A stretch of DNA of 22,826 nucleotides. Source: Craspedostauros australis. Taxonomy: Eukaryota. This document shows positions 9,715-20,822 of the stretch, piece after piece. A program made the position numbers and the translations under genes. The notes beneath the pieces were generated by a model. The model had not been told where the DNA came from, did no database searches, and saw only the letters and a list, made by a program, of their open reading frames with translations. The DNA lies in contig JALAGF010006261.1 of the NCBI GenBank assembly GCA_030167865.1, positions 62,001 through 84,826 of the forward strand, given 5' to 3'. Positions within the stretch are counted from its first letter, which is position 1; each line of letters starts with the position of its first letter.

Positions 9715-10366
9715 CATGGCTGGGAGAATAGCGTTCGTATTCTCATCCTTGTAGACCAATCCACCTTACGTGTATAGTGCCATCTACTGCAGGCATGGCA
9801 GACTACCTACTACATGTACATTCCGTGTGCACTAACATAGCTACAAGGTTGGAGATGACTCGAAGCGAATGGGATGGCGGAAGAGTTGGATGCGAACTGC
9901 TGAGATCTCTGGGGTGGTCGGACGACTGCGATACTTGGACCTCTGTACGGCTGCGTATGACACGAGCTTCGAAGAGGCAAACTGCTTCCCTACCAATGCA
10001 TGCAGTCCATACCATACTCGTGCATGCATATGGTACATCATGCATCACAATGATCCAAATTGGCACCCCCTCCAGAGTTCTTTTGGTCATTTGCAAGATG
10101 ATGCGTAACTTTGCAGGAACGTGGTTGGCCCATAATTATTCTACTACATTGGAGTGCAGGCGTACGACGTACGCGTACGTATTAAGAAGTCCACCATCAA
10201 ATCAGTTAACGCAGACTTGCGCACTGCCCAATAATTGAGCACTTTGCCGCATATACTCGTACTATACCATGCAAATGGGGAGTGCTTGTTTTAAATGTCG
10301 TTTTCGTTCTGTCCTCGATGGGATTTACTTTGCCATGCTCGCTTGCAGCCGCTGGCTTTCTCTCCG

Positions 10367-10392
10367 GAGAGAGAGAGAGAGAGAGAGAGAGA
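10367..10392. repeat. (GA)13 microsatellite downstream of the IleRS stop
   Basis: Read directly. Confidence 0.9.
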
Positions 10393-10444
10393 CGATGCGG
10401 CAGCATGGTATCAGGAGAGTGGTGTTGGTGCACCGCAACCTTGC

Positions 10445-13400
10445 CTACAACCATTCGAGGGACTTCAGGGCCTTCGCCTTGGACACGGTTGACAACCAAA
10501 AATCGATACCTTCCTTCAGTTCGAAAGTCTTGCCGTCAACGGTGCACTTGTAGTCTTGACCTGCCGTCATGTTGACAGGCTCGAGCGTTGCCATGACATC
10601 CTTGACGACCTTGTCAGCGCTGTCAACGACGGCGATGCTTGGTCGGCAGATGGCGACCGCGACCTTGGATCCGCCCACGTCGACGGTGTCGCTATTGATG
10701 GGCACCCTCCATGCGGGGGCCAATCGCGATGGCAGCGGGATGGCACCCTTGAACTTGTTGTCGAAAGTCGCGACGTTTCTGGCCACGGCATCCTCGGTGG
10801 ATGTAAGGCCATCCTCCTCGCTGAAGAAGACTTCGACCACGTCCTCGAGTTCGAGACCTGCGTTCTTTCGGAGCTGCTGGATGTGGTTGATGAGCTCACG
10901 CGACATTCCTGCGGAGATGATGGCCTCGTCCTGCGTGCAATCCAACGCGACGACGCAGGCACCATCAGTAGACGCAGTGGATTCCCATTGATCGCCTTCC
11001 TTGGAGAAAGCCAGCTTCGAGAGCAGCTCCGTCTTGGTGTCGATGGTGACGTCTTCGACGACGAGCTCGCCTGTCTCCAGGCACTTGACGGCGGCCTCGT
11101 GCGTCATGGCACGGACGGCGGCATTGACCGGCTTCATCTTCTTGCCGAGCTTCTTGCCCAGGATCTCGAAGTTGGGTGTCAAGGAGAGGGTGACCCATTC
11201 GTGCTCCTGCTCCTTCGGCACGATCTTGAACTCCCACGCATTGAGTTCGGAGAGGATGTACTGTTCAAGCTGGCCGGTCAGAGCCTCGGCGACGTTGTCA
11301 GATGGGTTCCGCATGATGGCGACAATGGTCTTGACGGGTGTGCGCAGGCTGATGTTGCGCTTCTCGCGGGCGTTGCGTCCTTGCTCGACGATGGTCTGCA
11401 AAGCCTCCATGGCTTCGACCGCGTTCTCATTGAGGCGGCTTTCATCGTATGCGGGCAGCTTGAGGAAATGCACGGAGTCGCTCTTGCCTGGCATGACGGG
11501 GTTGGCCGCACCACCTCCGTTGGCTGCCTCGGCGTAGGATGGCTGGAGCTTTCGGAGGTGGGAGTAGAAGAATTCGGTGATGAACGGCGTGAACGGCCCC
11601 ATGGTGATAGTCACGTTGAGGAGGACATCGTACAGGACCTGAAGTCCGGTCTCGGCCTCTGCGTCGCTGTCCTCGCCTTCCAATCCCTTGAGGCGATCAC
11701 GGTTCAATCGGACGTACCAGTTGGTGAGCTGCGTGACGTACTTGACGAGCACAGGCATCACGGTGTAGAGACGGTACGCCGCCATCTCTTCATGGACGAA
11801 CTTGATGAGGCCCTGCGTGGCTGCGGAGATCCAAATATCGGTGGGGTTGGTGGTCGCCTTGACCTTGTCGACGGAAGGGACGAACTTCTTAGTTCCGGCT
11901 TCCCATCGCGCGACGTTCTGCAGGAAGAATCGGAAGGCGTTGTACCATGGGAGGAAGACCTCCTTGACGACACCCAGGACGCCCTCTTCCTTGAACTTCA
12001 ACGGCTCAGCACGGACCACGGGGGAGTTGATGAGGTACATGCGAAGCGCGTCGGCTCCGTACTTGTCGATGACGATCTTGGGATCCGGGTAGTTTTTGAG
12101 ACGCTTGGACATCTTCTTTCCGTCACCCGCGAGCACCAGGCCGTTCACGATGAGGTTCTTCATGGCGGGGACATCGAAGAGTGCGGTGGAGAGGACCATG
12201 AGAGTGTAGAACCAACCACGAGTTTGGTCCAGTCCCTCGGCGATGAAATCGGCTGGGAATCCCTTTTCGAATGACTCCTTGTTCTCGAACGGGTAATGCT
12301 GCTGCGCGTACGGCATGCTGCCCGACTCGAACCAGCAATCGAAGACCTCGTCGATGCGCTTGAGGACCGTTCCCGGGTTCTTCTTGGATGGGATCTCGAT
12401 CTTGTCAACGACTTCACGATGCAGGTCATCGACGCGGACTCCGGAGAGCTCCTCCAGATGGTCGATGCTGGACACGCAGACCACCTCGTTCATGTCTTCG
12501 GACGCCCAGACTGGCAAGGGGGTTCCCCAGAATCGGTTTCTGGACACGGCCCAATCACGAGCATCGGACAGCCAGTTGTGGAAGCGGATCTCCTTGACGT
12601 GGTTTGGGACCCAGTACGTCTTCCGGTTGTTCTCCACGAGCCGGTCGCGGATCTCCTCGACCTTGACGAACCACGATGGGACCGCCTTGTAGATCAGAGG
12701 CGTGTCGGAACGCCAGCAGAATGGGTAGGAGTGAAGCAAGTTGTCCTTCTGCACGAGGCGGCCATTCTCCTTGAGGATGGCAATGAGCTTGTCATCGGCA
12801 TCCTTGACGTTCATTCCCTTCACCGGCTCAACCGGCTCAACGAAGCAACCGTTGGCATCGAGAGGGCATGGCATCTCACCTCCCTTCTGGATGATGTTGT
12901 GCGCCAGACAGACTCGGTAATCGTCCTCTCCGAATGCTGGGGCCTGGTGGACCACACCGGTACCGGCGTCATCCTTGACGTAGGTGTCGGAGACGACTTG
13001 GAAGTAGTTTTCGTTTTTGAAAAAATCGAAGAGCGGGGTGTACCTCTTTCCGACCAGGTCGTTGCCAGTGAGGGTGCCCTTGATCTCGAAGAGCTCGTCG
13101 GCCATCTTCGGCTTCCACTTCTTCTTGTTGTTCATGATGGGGTAGAGCTGCGGGATGCGCGCCTTGGCGAGGATGTAGAGCTTGGATGTCTTCTTGTCCA
13201 GCAGCTTGACGTACTCCATGGTGGAGTTGACGCAGAGTGCCAGGTTGGATGGGAGGGTCCATGGCGTTGTGGTCCATGCGATGAGGGCCACCTCCGGTTC
13301 GTCCACCAGCGGGAAGCTGACAACGACGGCGGGATCGCGCACGTCCTTGTAGTTCAAGCCTGCCTCGAAGTTGGACAGCGGCGTTCCGATGGGCATGCTG

Positions 13401-14213
13401 TATGGCATGACCTTGTATCCCTGGTAGACGAGGTCCTTCTTGAAAAGCTCAGCGAACACCCACCACACACTCTCCATGAAGTTCGGGTCCATGGTTTTGT
13501 AGTCGTTCTCGAAATCAATCCACCGGCCCAACCGAGTGACCGTGCTCTCCCACTCCTTCGTGTAGCGCGTGACGATGGATCGGCAGGTGGCGTTGTACTT
13601 GTCGATTCCCATCTCGAAGACCTGGTCGCGCGACTTGATGTTGAGCTTCTGGTCGATCTCGTACTCTACCGGAAGTCCGTGGCAATCCCATCCCGCTCTG
13701 CGCTCGACGCGCTTTCCGTTCATGGCAGCGTAGCGGGTGACGGTGTCTTTGATGGTTCCTGCGAGGATGTGCCCGTAATGCGGCAATCCGGTGGCGAACG
13801 GCGGTCCATCATAGAACGTGTACTCCTGTTACATCCAAATGTCATGCAATGATATGCAATGTTATGCAATGAATAGCATAGTGATGGTGAAAGTGAGGTT
13901 GGAAGTGACAAGTGTGGGTGTGTGATACGGATGGGTGAATGGTCGCGTTTCCAAAATAAAGATGAAAACGAATGTGAATGTGATGACACCCTTGGAGGAC
14001 ATCGGGCCAAGCAGCAACCGTGAACGCCATCGTCCAAGCAACAGCAGCAGCAGGAGGAACAGCAGCAGTCTGTAACGAAGAGCCGACACTCACTTCATCT
14101 CCACGCTCCACGCTGAGCTTGTCCTGCATCTTGAAGGTATCCTCATCCTTCCACTTTTTGCAGATATCCTCCTCCATCTGCGCGAAGTTCATGGCTGGTG
14201 GCAAAGACGTCAT
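10445..14213 (-). CDS. IARS1: Isoleucyl-tRNA synthetase, cytosolic type, 2 exons (14213-14094, 13825-10445), about 1166 aa
   Basis: Class Ia motifs FYDGPPFATGLPHYGH (HIGH), GWDCHGLPVE, editing-domain WTTTPWTLPSN and GTGVVHQAPAFGEDD, DWAVSRNRFWGTP, DCWFESGSMP, AEGLDQTRGWFY, KMSKR. Exon 1 MTSLPPAMNFAQMEEDICKKWKDEDTF...GDE splices in phase 0 to EYTFYDGPP. No N-terminal targeting presequence. Confidence 0.97.
13826..14093 (-). other. Spliceosomal GT-AG intron (268 nt) in the IleRS gene
   Basis: Donor GTGAGT at 14093, acceptor AACAG ending at 13826; phase-0 join. Confidence 0.92.
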
Positions 14214-14927
14214 GGTGATCTCTTTGCTTGTCTTGCCTCAGACAATCTTCGGTACTGGTTGGTGCTGTTTTGCGTATCCTTCTTCTTGTGTCTCTGTGAA
14301 GTGGCTGTCGAACTGCTGCCGATCAGAGCGTGTATAATCAGAGTCGCCTTGTGACGAATGCTCGTTGTCCTTGCTTTGCGATGCCCTGTGATGCTCCTGT
14401 CGTCACGGCTGCCGAGATCCAGATCTCTGAGGCGATGGTGACTGTTGCGAAGATGTGTTCCAACCCCAGCTCTCTCTCTCTTTGGATCGAGTTTGTGCAA
14501 AGGAGTCCCTCCAAACACAGCGCAGAGAGAGATGGAAGGATACGGAGAGCGTGTTGGATGGAGTTGTTGGCGATAAATCGTTGTTGATGCGCGCAAACCA
14601 TCATCTCCGTGTTTGTGGCCAAGAAAGATCCACGTTTCATTGCTCGTGAATCAACAGTTGCAGTTGTGACAAGTTGGACTCGTGTACGTAAGGCTAGGCG
14701 ATAACGTCTAGTGAAACAAGTTCAGGAATGACAGAAAGGAGCCAAATGGAGCCGCAGTGGCGGCCATGTACCACTTTGTGAGCGCTCCGCGATGGGCTGT
14801 CGGTATACCGTTATACTACCGCAAGAGAGAGAGAGAACATTCATATTTATTCATTTGTTTTGCGAGTAATCGCAATAGTACCAATCGTATGAGGAAAGGA
14901 GCTCCCACGAAATGGGCATCCGCATCA

Positions 14928-16112
14928 TCACGACGACGTCGTCATGAGCAATTCCTCGATGGTATCTGGGTTGCACCGAAAGGCGAAGGGCATGTCGAGA
15001 AGGAAGCTGAACAGGATCTGTCCAACTGCGTGAAAGAGGTAGGCGTAGAATGAGTATCGCAGACGCTTATCATTTCGGATCAACGCGCTCATTGCATCCT
15101 TTGACGATGGTCCCGTCTTTGATGCGGCCTCTCCGGATGTCGGCGTTGCGCGCCACTCCAACGGCATGGTTGCGTAGATCATGGCCATCAAGACGATGTG
15201 CACCAAACCGTTGTAGCAGACGGATGTCTGCTGAACGCGAACGCTGATGATGTCATGCGTGAAGGTCGGGCATCCGGTCTGGCGGAAGACAAATTTGAAC
15301 CACCATCGCGCAACGCCCGCGCTGACCATGGTAATGATGAGCATGGTGGAGTAGAGCATGTGCAAGCGATGACGCACGGCGGGGCTTGGGTATGTGGTGG
15401 TGTCGTGCAGGACGGAGCGGCTGAGCCACCAGTACATGCCGATCGTGACTGTGGTGAGCAGGGCGTACATGAGGGGAAAGCAGAACAGCACTGTCTGCCA
15501 CACGGTTGGCTCGGCCGCCGACGCCGTCCAATGCCCCTGTGCTAGTGCGTACGGTTTGTCGGGGAGGAACACCTGCGCAGCGTTCAGGTTCAACTCCGTC
15601 AAGATGATGGGCAGCAGGATGTTGAGACCGATCTTGCCCAGCGTTCTGTGCAGCTGGCGGGCCTTGAAGATGATGGCGACCACCTGCACCACCGACAGGA
15701 GGGACCATGTGAGCATGAGGAAGGCGTGGAGATGATCGATGAGGAATCTTTGGATGTCGGAGAGCTCCGTGCCCGTCCAAGTCACGCCGTGCACGAAGTA
15801 GCTGACGAATGGGAAGACCCCCGTCAGGGAGAGCATCAGATTGAAGATTCCGAATTGTCTGGTCGTGAATTGCGGAAGCTGGTGGTGGAAGAAGATGCGG
15901 GTGGCCACGAGGGTGACGGTGGCTGCAGCCACAAGCCAGTACCAGGATGCCATGGTGGGGATGAAGAACACCGGCTGCTCGAGCTCGAACATGCCGCCGC
16001 TCAGCGGCTGCGCCTGCTGCTGCAGATCATGGTCGGAGCAGCTGCTGCTGTTGTGGCATGTCTTCTCGGGCGCCGATATCAGGAACGACAGCAGAGATGA
16101 GAGGCTTGGCAT
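14928..16112 (-). CDS. Multi-pass membrane protein, DUF2306-like
   Basis: 394-aa ORF with roughly 7-8 hydrophobic segments. Motifs HLHAFLMLTWSLLSVVQ...RQLHRTLGK and RHRLHM resemble the H...Q...LHRxLG and HRxWM pattern of DUF2306-type proteins. The start may be a downstream Met. Confidence 0.7.
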   Translation of the reverse strand: MPSLSSLLSFLISAPEKTCHNSSSCSDHDLQQQAQPLSGGMFELEQPVFFIPTMASWYWLVAAATVTLVATRIFFHHQLPQFTTRQFGIFNLMLSLTGVFPFVSYFVHGVTWTGTELSDIQRFLIDHLHAFLMLTWSLLSVVQVVAIIFKARQLHRTLGKIGLNILLPIILTELNLNAAQVFLPDKPYALAQGHWTASAAEPTVWQTVLFCFPLMYALLTTVTIGMYWWLSRSVLHDTTTYPSPAVRHRLHMLYSTMLIITMVSAGVARWWFKFVFRQTGCPTFTHDIISVRVQQTSVCYNGLVHIVLMAMIYATMPLEWRATPTSGEAASKTGPSSKDAMSALIRNDKRLRYSFYAYLFHAVGQILFSFLLDMPFAFRCNPDTIEELLMTTSS

Positions 16113-16962
16113 GGTGTCGTGGCTGTTGCTGATATTGCCAAATGTATTTGCTTGTTGGTCGGAGGCTGCTCTTGTGGCGGTGATTGTATCGATACTGATT
16201 TTGTTGTTGTTGTTGTTGTTGTGGAGGATCGCAGATTTATGATCTCATTGGCGACGCGCAATCATTTGTGTTGTGCTCAACGCATTTGCGCACGTATGCG
16301 TGTGTGTCGCCTTGCGAGCACACGATTGTTGTGCAACAATGGATTCCATCTCTGCACACATTTGTGCGAGTTGCGCATTTGTTTTTTGTGACTTGTATCC
16401 TCACTGGTTGGCTTGTTGCGCCAAAGCGCCCTTGTTTCGTCGACATCTGGCGTGTTCTCCAGTCGATGCCGAACCTCATGTGTAGTTTCACAGCATCAGC
16501 AATCGTGGATGCTGATGGATGCCTCGTGCGAAAGTGAAAATGCTTTGTGGGGCCACGGTTTTTCGTTGATTGTTCCTGCTACCGGCATGCTTTATGCACA
16601 GTTAATATTATAATACTATGTGTACTCGCACCCACGATGTTCTTATCTGACCATCATTGCTGTCGTTGCTGCTGCTGTTGCTGTTCCGGCTCCACGATGA
16701 CAATAGTAAGGGTAATGTCGCGGTCCCAAGTGTAGTACAATGCAATGCAATGCAATGCGATGTGCCAAATTGCGCAATCGTTGAAGAACCGACCGTTGTT
16801 CCATTGGCACAGCAGCGCCATGCAAGCAAAGACGAATGATGTGCTTGCCACGATTGGCACATCACCAAAACTCCAAGACCAAAGCGTGTTCACCACAATC
16901 CACCTCGCCGTTCTTGTTCCTCAGCTGCTTCTTCCGTGTTCCTCTTTTCTCTCATTCTGATT

Positions 16963-18570
16963 CTAATGTCTCTGTCTCTGCCTCTTCCCTTCATCCACTT
17001 CCCTTTGCTGCTCCAACCGTGAATCAGGAAGCTTGTAGTGGAACATGCGGAGTAGCTCCTTGTCGACATTCAAACGCGCGAAGGTGAGGTCGTCGCTCGT
17101 CATGTTCCTGTACCTCCCGTCTTCATTCCCGTACTTCAGCACGGCTGCGGCGAAGTCGTTCTTGGCCTGTTTGTGATCGGACTTGGCATTATCCACGAGG
17201 TAGGTGAACGGTTTGAGCGGCTCCGCGCCCGCGCACTCACAAACCTGCCGCATCACCTCCTCGCCATGATACAGCGTGTCTTCGAACCGGATGATCAGGC
17301 GAGGGAAGTCGGCTTCGGAGACGTAGGATCGGTACCAGTCATTCCAGTAATGGATCAGGGACGGCCAATTCGGACCAACCCTCTGGTTCTCGCCCATCCA
17401 AACCGTGGTGGAGGTCGCATTGCGCAATCGCGCAAAGCGCCGACGATCGTACTCGTTTGGAACGAGGTTTGGGCAATGGTGTTTGGGGCTGTGGCTCCAC
17501 CGTGCGCCGTATCCCTCCTTGCACATCGATTGCATCCAAAAGTACGGATCGCGCACCAGAACCACGGGCAGCACATGCTGCTTCGGTATGTCATCAATAA
17601 TTGTGTGGTTCCATCGACTTCGCGCATCCTTGTGCTTGGCCCACGGCACCTGACTCAGCATGCCATTGACATCCTGCACCTTTGAGTTGCTGTGATTGTT
17701 GGGATGGTGTCGAAATCGGCAGTTTGCCTGCAACAAACGACCGAATGCCGTGGTGCCGGAGTTGAACATGCCCGACACGCCGATGAATGGAGTGGAGGGA
17801 TTCCCTGCCAAGCCACCATCTGTTGATGACGCTTGAATCAAGTTTCGAAATTGGGAGCAGGTCTCCAACCCATGGATGATCGGCTTGTCTGATGCTCCAT
17901 ACAGATCCTGCACCGCGCTCCAGTCGGGAATGGATAGCGGATTGATGGTGGACGGCTCGTTCGGTTGTTTCGAGTTGAGAGCTTCTTCTATCCGCGCCAC
18001 GCTCGCATGCTTCAATTCTTCGTCGATGATGCCAGCATCCCCAAGAATGCGCACGATCGGGTTGCTCGGCAGAGCGACAGCAGCTGCTATGGAGCCATGC
18101 CGTTTCCGAACGTGCGATGTCCCTCTGCTGTTTGCTTTTGCTGTGATAGATCCGTTGCCCATGGTCTTCACATCATCATTTGACATCAAAAATCCCAATT
18201 GTCGCAATCGCAAGATGACGAGGAACAAGACGACAGCCATGACTTTCACGTGCGATCTCCGAATGCAGGAGGATCTGCTGGATCTGGCGGACATGATGGA
18301 TGCCGGTGGAGCGGCTGCGACCGGTATGGCATAGTTGTGTGGCACCGACGGGAAGTTCCGGCTCCCGTTGGACCAGCGATACCGAAAGGTGGTCGGCTGC
18401 CGGGTGTGGTCCTGTGGATGATGCCGCTGCTGCGGCTGCGACCATCCTGCGGAGTGGCGCCATGTCTGGTTCATCGAGGCATTTTGTAACGGGTCATGAT
18501 GCCGTCGCTGATCCCCATCTACGTTCTCGGAAGGGAAGCGACCGAAGGGACGTGTTGAATCCCATGCCAT
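16963..18570 (-). CDS. Type II membrane protein with a sulfotransferase-like (PAPS-binding) fold
   Basis: One TM segment (VMAVVLFLVILRL), a stem, then IGVSGMFNSGTT (5'-PSB-like, 17752-17772), VVLVRDPYFWMQSM (3'-PB-like RDP..S, RDP at 17545-17553) and IIRFEDTL (RYEDL-like). First ATG is at 18570; the track extends to a non-ATG start at 18747. Confidence 0.75.
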   Translation of the reverse strand: MAWDSTRPFGRFPSENVDGDQRRHHDPLQNASMNQTWRHSAGWSQPQQRHHPQDHTRQPTTFRYRWSNGSRNFPSVPHNYAIPVAAAPPASIMSARSSRSSCIRRSHVKVMAVVLFLVILRLRQLGFLMSNDDVKTMGNGSITAKANSRGTSHVRKRHGSIAAAVALPSNPIVRILGDAGIIDEELKHASVARIEEALNSKQPNEPSTINPLSIPDWSAVQDLYGASDKPIIHGLETCSQFRNLIQASSTDGGLAGNPSTPFIGVSGMFNSGTTAFGRLLQANCRFRHHPNNHSNSKVQDVNGMLSQVPWAKHKDARSRWNHTIIDDIPKQHVLPVVLVRDPYFWMQSMCKEGYGARWSHSPKHHCPNLVPNEYDRRRFARLRNATSTTVWMGENQRVGPNWPSLIHYWNDWYRSYVSEADFPRLIIRFEDTLYHGEEVMRQVCECAGAEPLKPFTYLVDNAKSDHKQAKNDFAAAVLKYGNEDGRYRNMTSDDLTFARLNVDKELLRMFHYKLPDSRLEQQREVDEGKRQRQRH

Positions 18571-19626
18571 GGACGTGAAATGCCTGCCGTGCGCGGTGCT
18601 CTGCGTTTTGCGAACGAATGAGCTGCGGGATCTCCCTCTGCTCGTATGATGGCAGCTGTGCCGGTGAGGTACGGCTCGTGCAGTATGGCAATGAGAGGCG
18701 TGGTATGTACAATATACTCCAGAGTATGATATGCGCTGCTGTTGCACCTCCTACTCGAACTTGCTGCTTGTTGCTTGCTATTTGGCTCTCGTTGTCTGTG
18801 AAGTGTTGCCTGATCTGTGCTTTCCTTTCAATTCTCCGATTGGATGTTGCTTCGTCTCTCTGAACCGATTATAGTTGTAATAGTATGCTGCCATGGCTCG
18901 TACAAGTCCAGCACATCCCAAACACTCTGTTTCTCGAATGGGCTCCTCTTGCGGCAAGCGCCATCACGTTTCACAACCGCCCACTCTTTGCGCGGCGCCA
19001 CGAATGGAGATGATCGATGTGCTTCACTGTGCGGCGTTCTCGTGTTTTGTGGTGGGAGCACGATTCGGCTTTTTGCATGTTGTGTGTTGCCTTGTCGTTT
19101 GTTGCGGTTTGGTCTTGTTTCGCCATTTTGCGGGAATCAGCCCATCTTCATTTTGGAGAAATCGAATGAGTCGTCAGTTCGGCGATGCCTCATTGTGGTC
19201 GATCGAATCGGACAATGCAATTTTTCGCGATTTGTGCGTGAGATCACGCGCGCGAGTCTTGTGAAGCGTGACACCAATCTTGTGACCAACGAGGAAGTCG
19301 CTGGACGACAAGAACTTCTCCTGTTTCTTCTTTTTTGGTTTTGTTCTTCTCATCTCTTGCGATGTCGCGCGACATGGCGCAAGGGATCGCAACAAGCCAA
19401 GACCACATCACAGCATCATCAACAACATCAAGATAAGCCAACAGAGCGACTGCACGACCACAAGCAAGTTCGACAACCAGCAACAAACTCACCAAGAGAG
19501 CAGTCAAGAACGGAGAAGCCAAAGCGTGGATTTCCACGGTCACAGATCGCTGCAGAGTAGTATTATAGTCCATACAAAAGGTGCGCCGTGACTATTCAAC
19601 GCACACTCACGCTCAGCTTCGACACC

Positions 19627-20592
19627 ATGTCGGCATTCAGCTACAGAAAGTTCACGGAGCTGCAGATACAGGGCGCACATGAAAGGGCGACGCGCAGCGT
19701 CGAGATGTCTCAGCATGAGCAGCTCGAGAAGCAGGCGCATCGCAAGTGGCTGTTCTGGCTGAGGAATCGCGAAGAGAGCGATCATGTGATCTCGTTGCAC
19801 CAGCAGGCGATCACAGACGTCTTCACCCCACCAGAAGCCCGGCCGGCAGCAGTGCGCAATGGCAGCGCCAAACTGTTTGCAGATGACGACGATGGTGATG
19901 ATGGTGACAACAACGATGGTCACGGCCAAGCTGGTAGCCGAGCGGATCTCGGGAATGCGTCGTCCTTGGAGAATGCCGCGGGCGCTCACGCGACTGCATT
20001 GAACGAGACGTACATCAACGACAGCAACGACACGATCGAGGTCGGGATCATCATCGAGGAGGAACCGCCGCGATCTGCGTGCGCGCCTCAGCGATCTTAC
20101 CGCAAGGAAATGTCACCGTTCCTCACGGCTCGTTTGGCACGCATCAGCTGTCAGGAATACAAGAACATCCTTGGTGCCCGTGGCATGCGACATCTGGAGA
20201 ACGACGTGCGGGTGCTCGTCAATTGGTTGCATGAGGCATCGGAGAAGGAGGAACGGGATGATGCACAGATGCAGAAGGATCTGAAGCAGAAGATCGAGGA
20301 CACGCGCAAGGAGATAACGCAGTTGGAGATGCAGCAGCGCCAACGCTTGCGTGATGCCCTGCTGCAGAAGCGAGAGACCCTGCGCTTGATGCGCGAACAG
20401 AAGTTGAAGGAGATGGAGCACAGGCAAAATGCGCTCGCGAGCCAACGCACAGATGGCGGCGGCTCGAAGCCAAGCACGGATGAAACGACGGAATCGTCCA
20501 CGGAGACGATGCCGCAATTGGAAGAGGAGAGCGAAAGCTCGGCATGGGTGGATGTCGAGGACGAGAACAAGGAATGGATCATCTGCAAGTGA
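19627..20592 (+). CDS. Hypothetical coiled-coil protein (about 321 aa)
   Basis: Long ORF with GC3-rich codons, ATG in ACCATG context at 19627, an E/K/Q/R-rich heptad region (QKDLKQKIEDTRKEITQLEMQQRQRLRDALLQKRETLRLMREQKLKE) and an acidic tail. No family recognised. Confidence 0.75.
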   Translation: MSAFSYRKFTELQIQGAHERATRSVEMSQHEQLEKQAHRKWLFWLRNREESDHVISLHQQAITDVFTPPEARPAAVRNGSAKLFADDDDGDDGDNNDGHGQAGSRADLGNASSLENAAGAHATALNETYINDSNDTIEVGIIIEEEPPRSACAPQRSYRKEMSPFLTARLARISCQEYKNILGARGMRHLENDVRVLVNWLHEASEKEERDDAQMQKDLKQKIEDTRKEITQLEMQQRQRLRDALLQKRETLRLMREQKLKEMEHRQNALASQRTDGGGSKPSTDETTESSTETMPQLEEESESSAWVDVEDENKEWIICK

Positions 20593-20806
20593 GATATGCT
20601 GCTTGCGTATGCAAGATGGCCAATATTATCACCGTACTCTGCTCTACGTTTATCTCGAGTGCAGTATTGTATTATATGCATTGCAAACTTCCTTGGTTGC
20701 ACGATTATCCCTGCTCCCATTTGGACAGCCGTGCGATAGCTCCACTCGTATTACAAGGAGTGGACGTGCATCGTATCTTTTGTTGTTTCTCTCCACGAAC
20801 ACGATC

Positions 20807-20822
20807 GAGAGAGAGAGAGAGA
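20807..20822. repeat. (GA)8 microsatellite
   Basis: Read directly. Confidence 0.85.

Noticed and set aside
9777..10575. Short ORFs between the SAC and IleRS stops
   Set aside because: They cross microsatellites and 3' UTR-like sequence and have no motifs.
10556..13852. 572-aa and 518-aa plus-strand ORFs as real genes
   Set aside because: Codon-aligned antisense to IleRS and explained by avoidance of TTA/CTA/TCA.
16119..16960. Many small ORFs and (TTG)n, (TGC)n, (TGCAA)n runs
   Set aside because: Simple repeats in intergenic DNA; no repeat-spacer structure, so not CRISPR-like.
18817..19560. 247-aa plus ORF upstream of the coiled-coil gene
   Set aside because: Non-ATG start and a compositional mosaic of promoter and CA-rich 5' UTR sequence.
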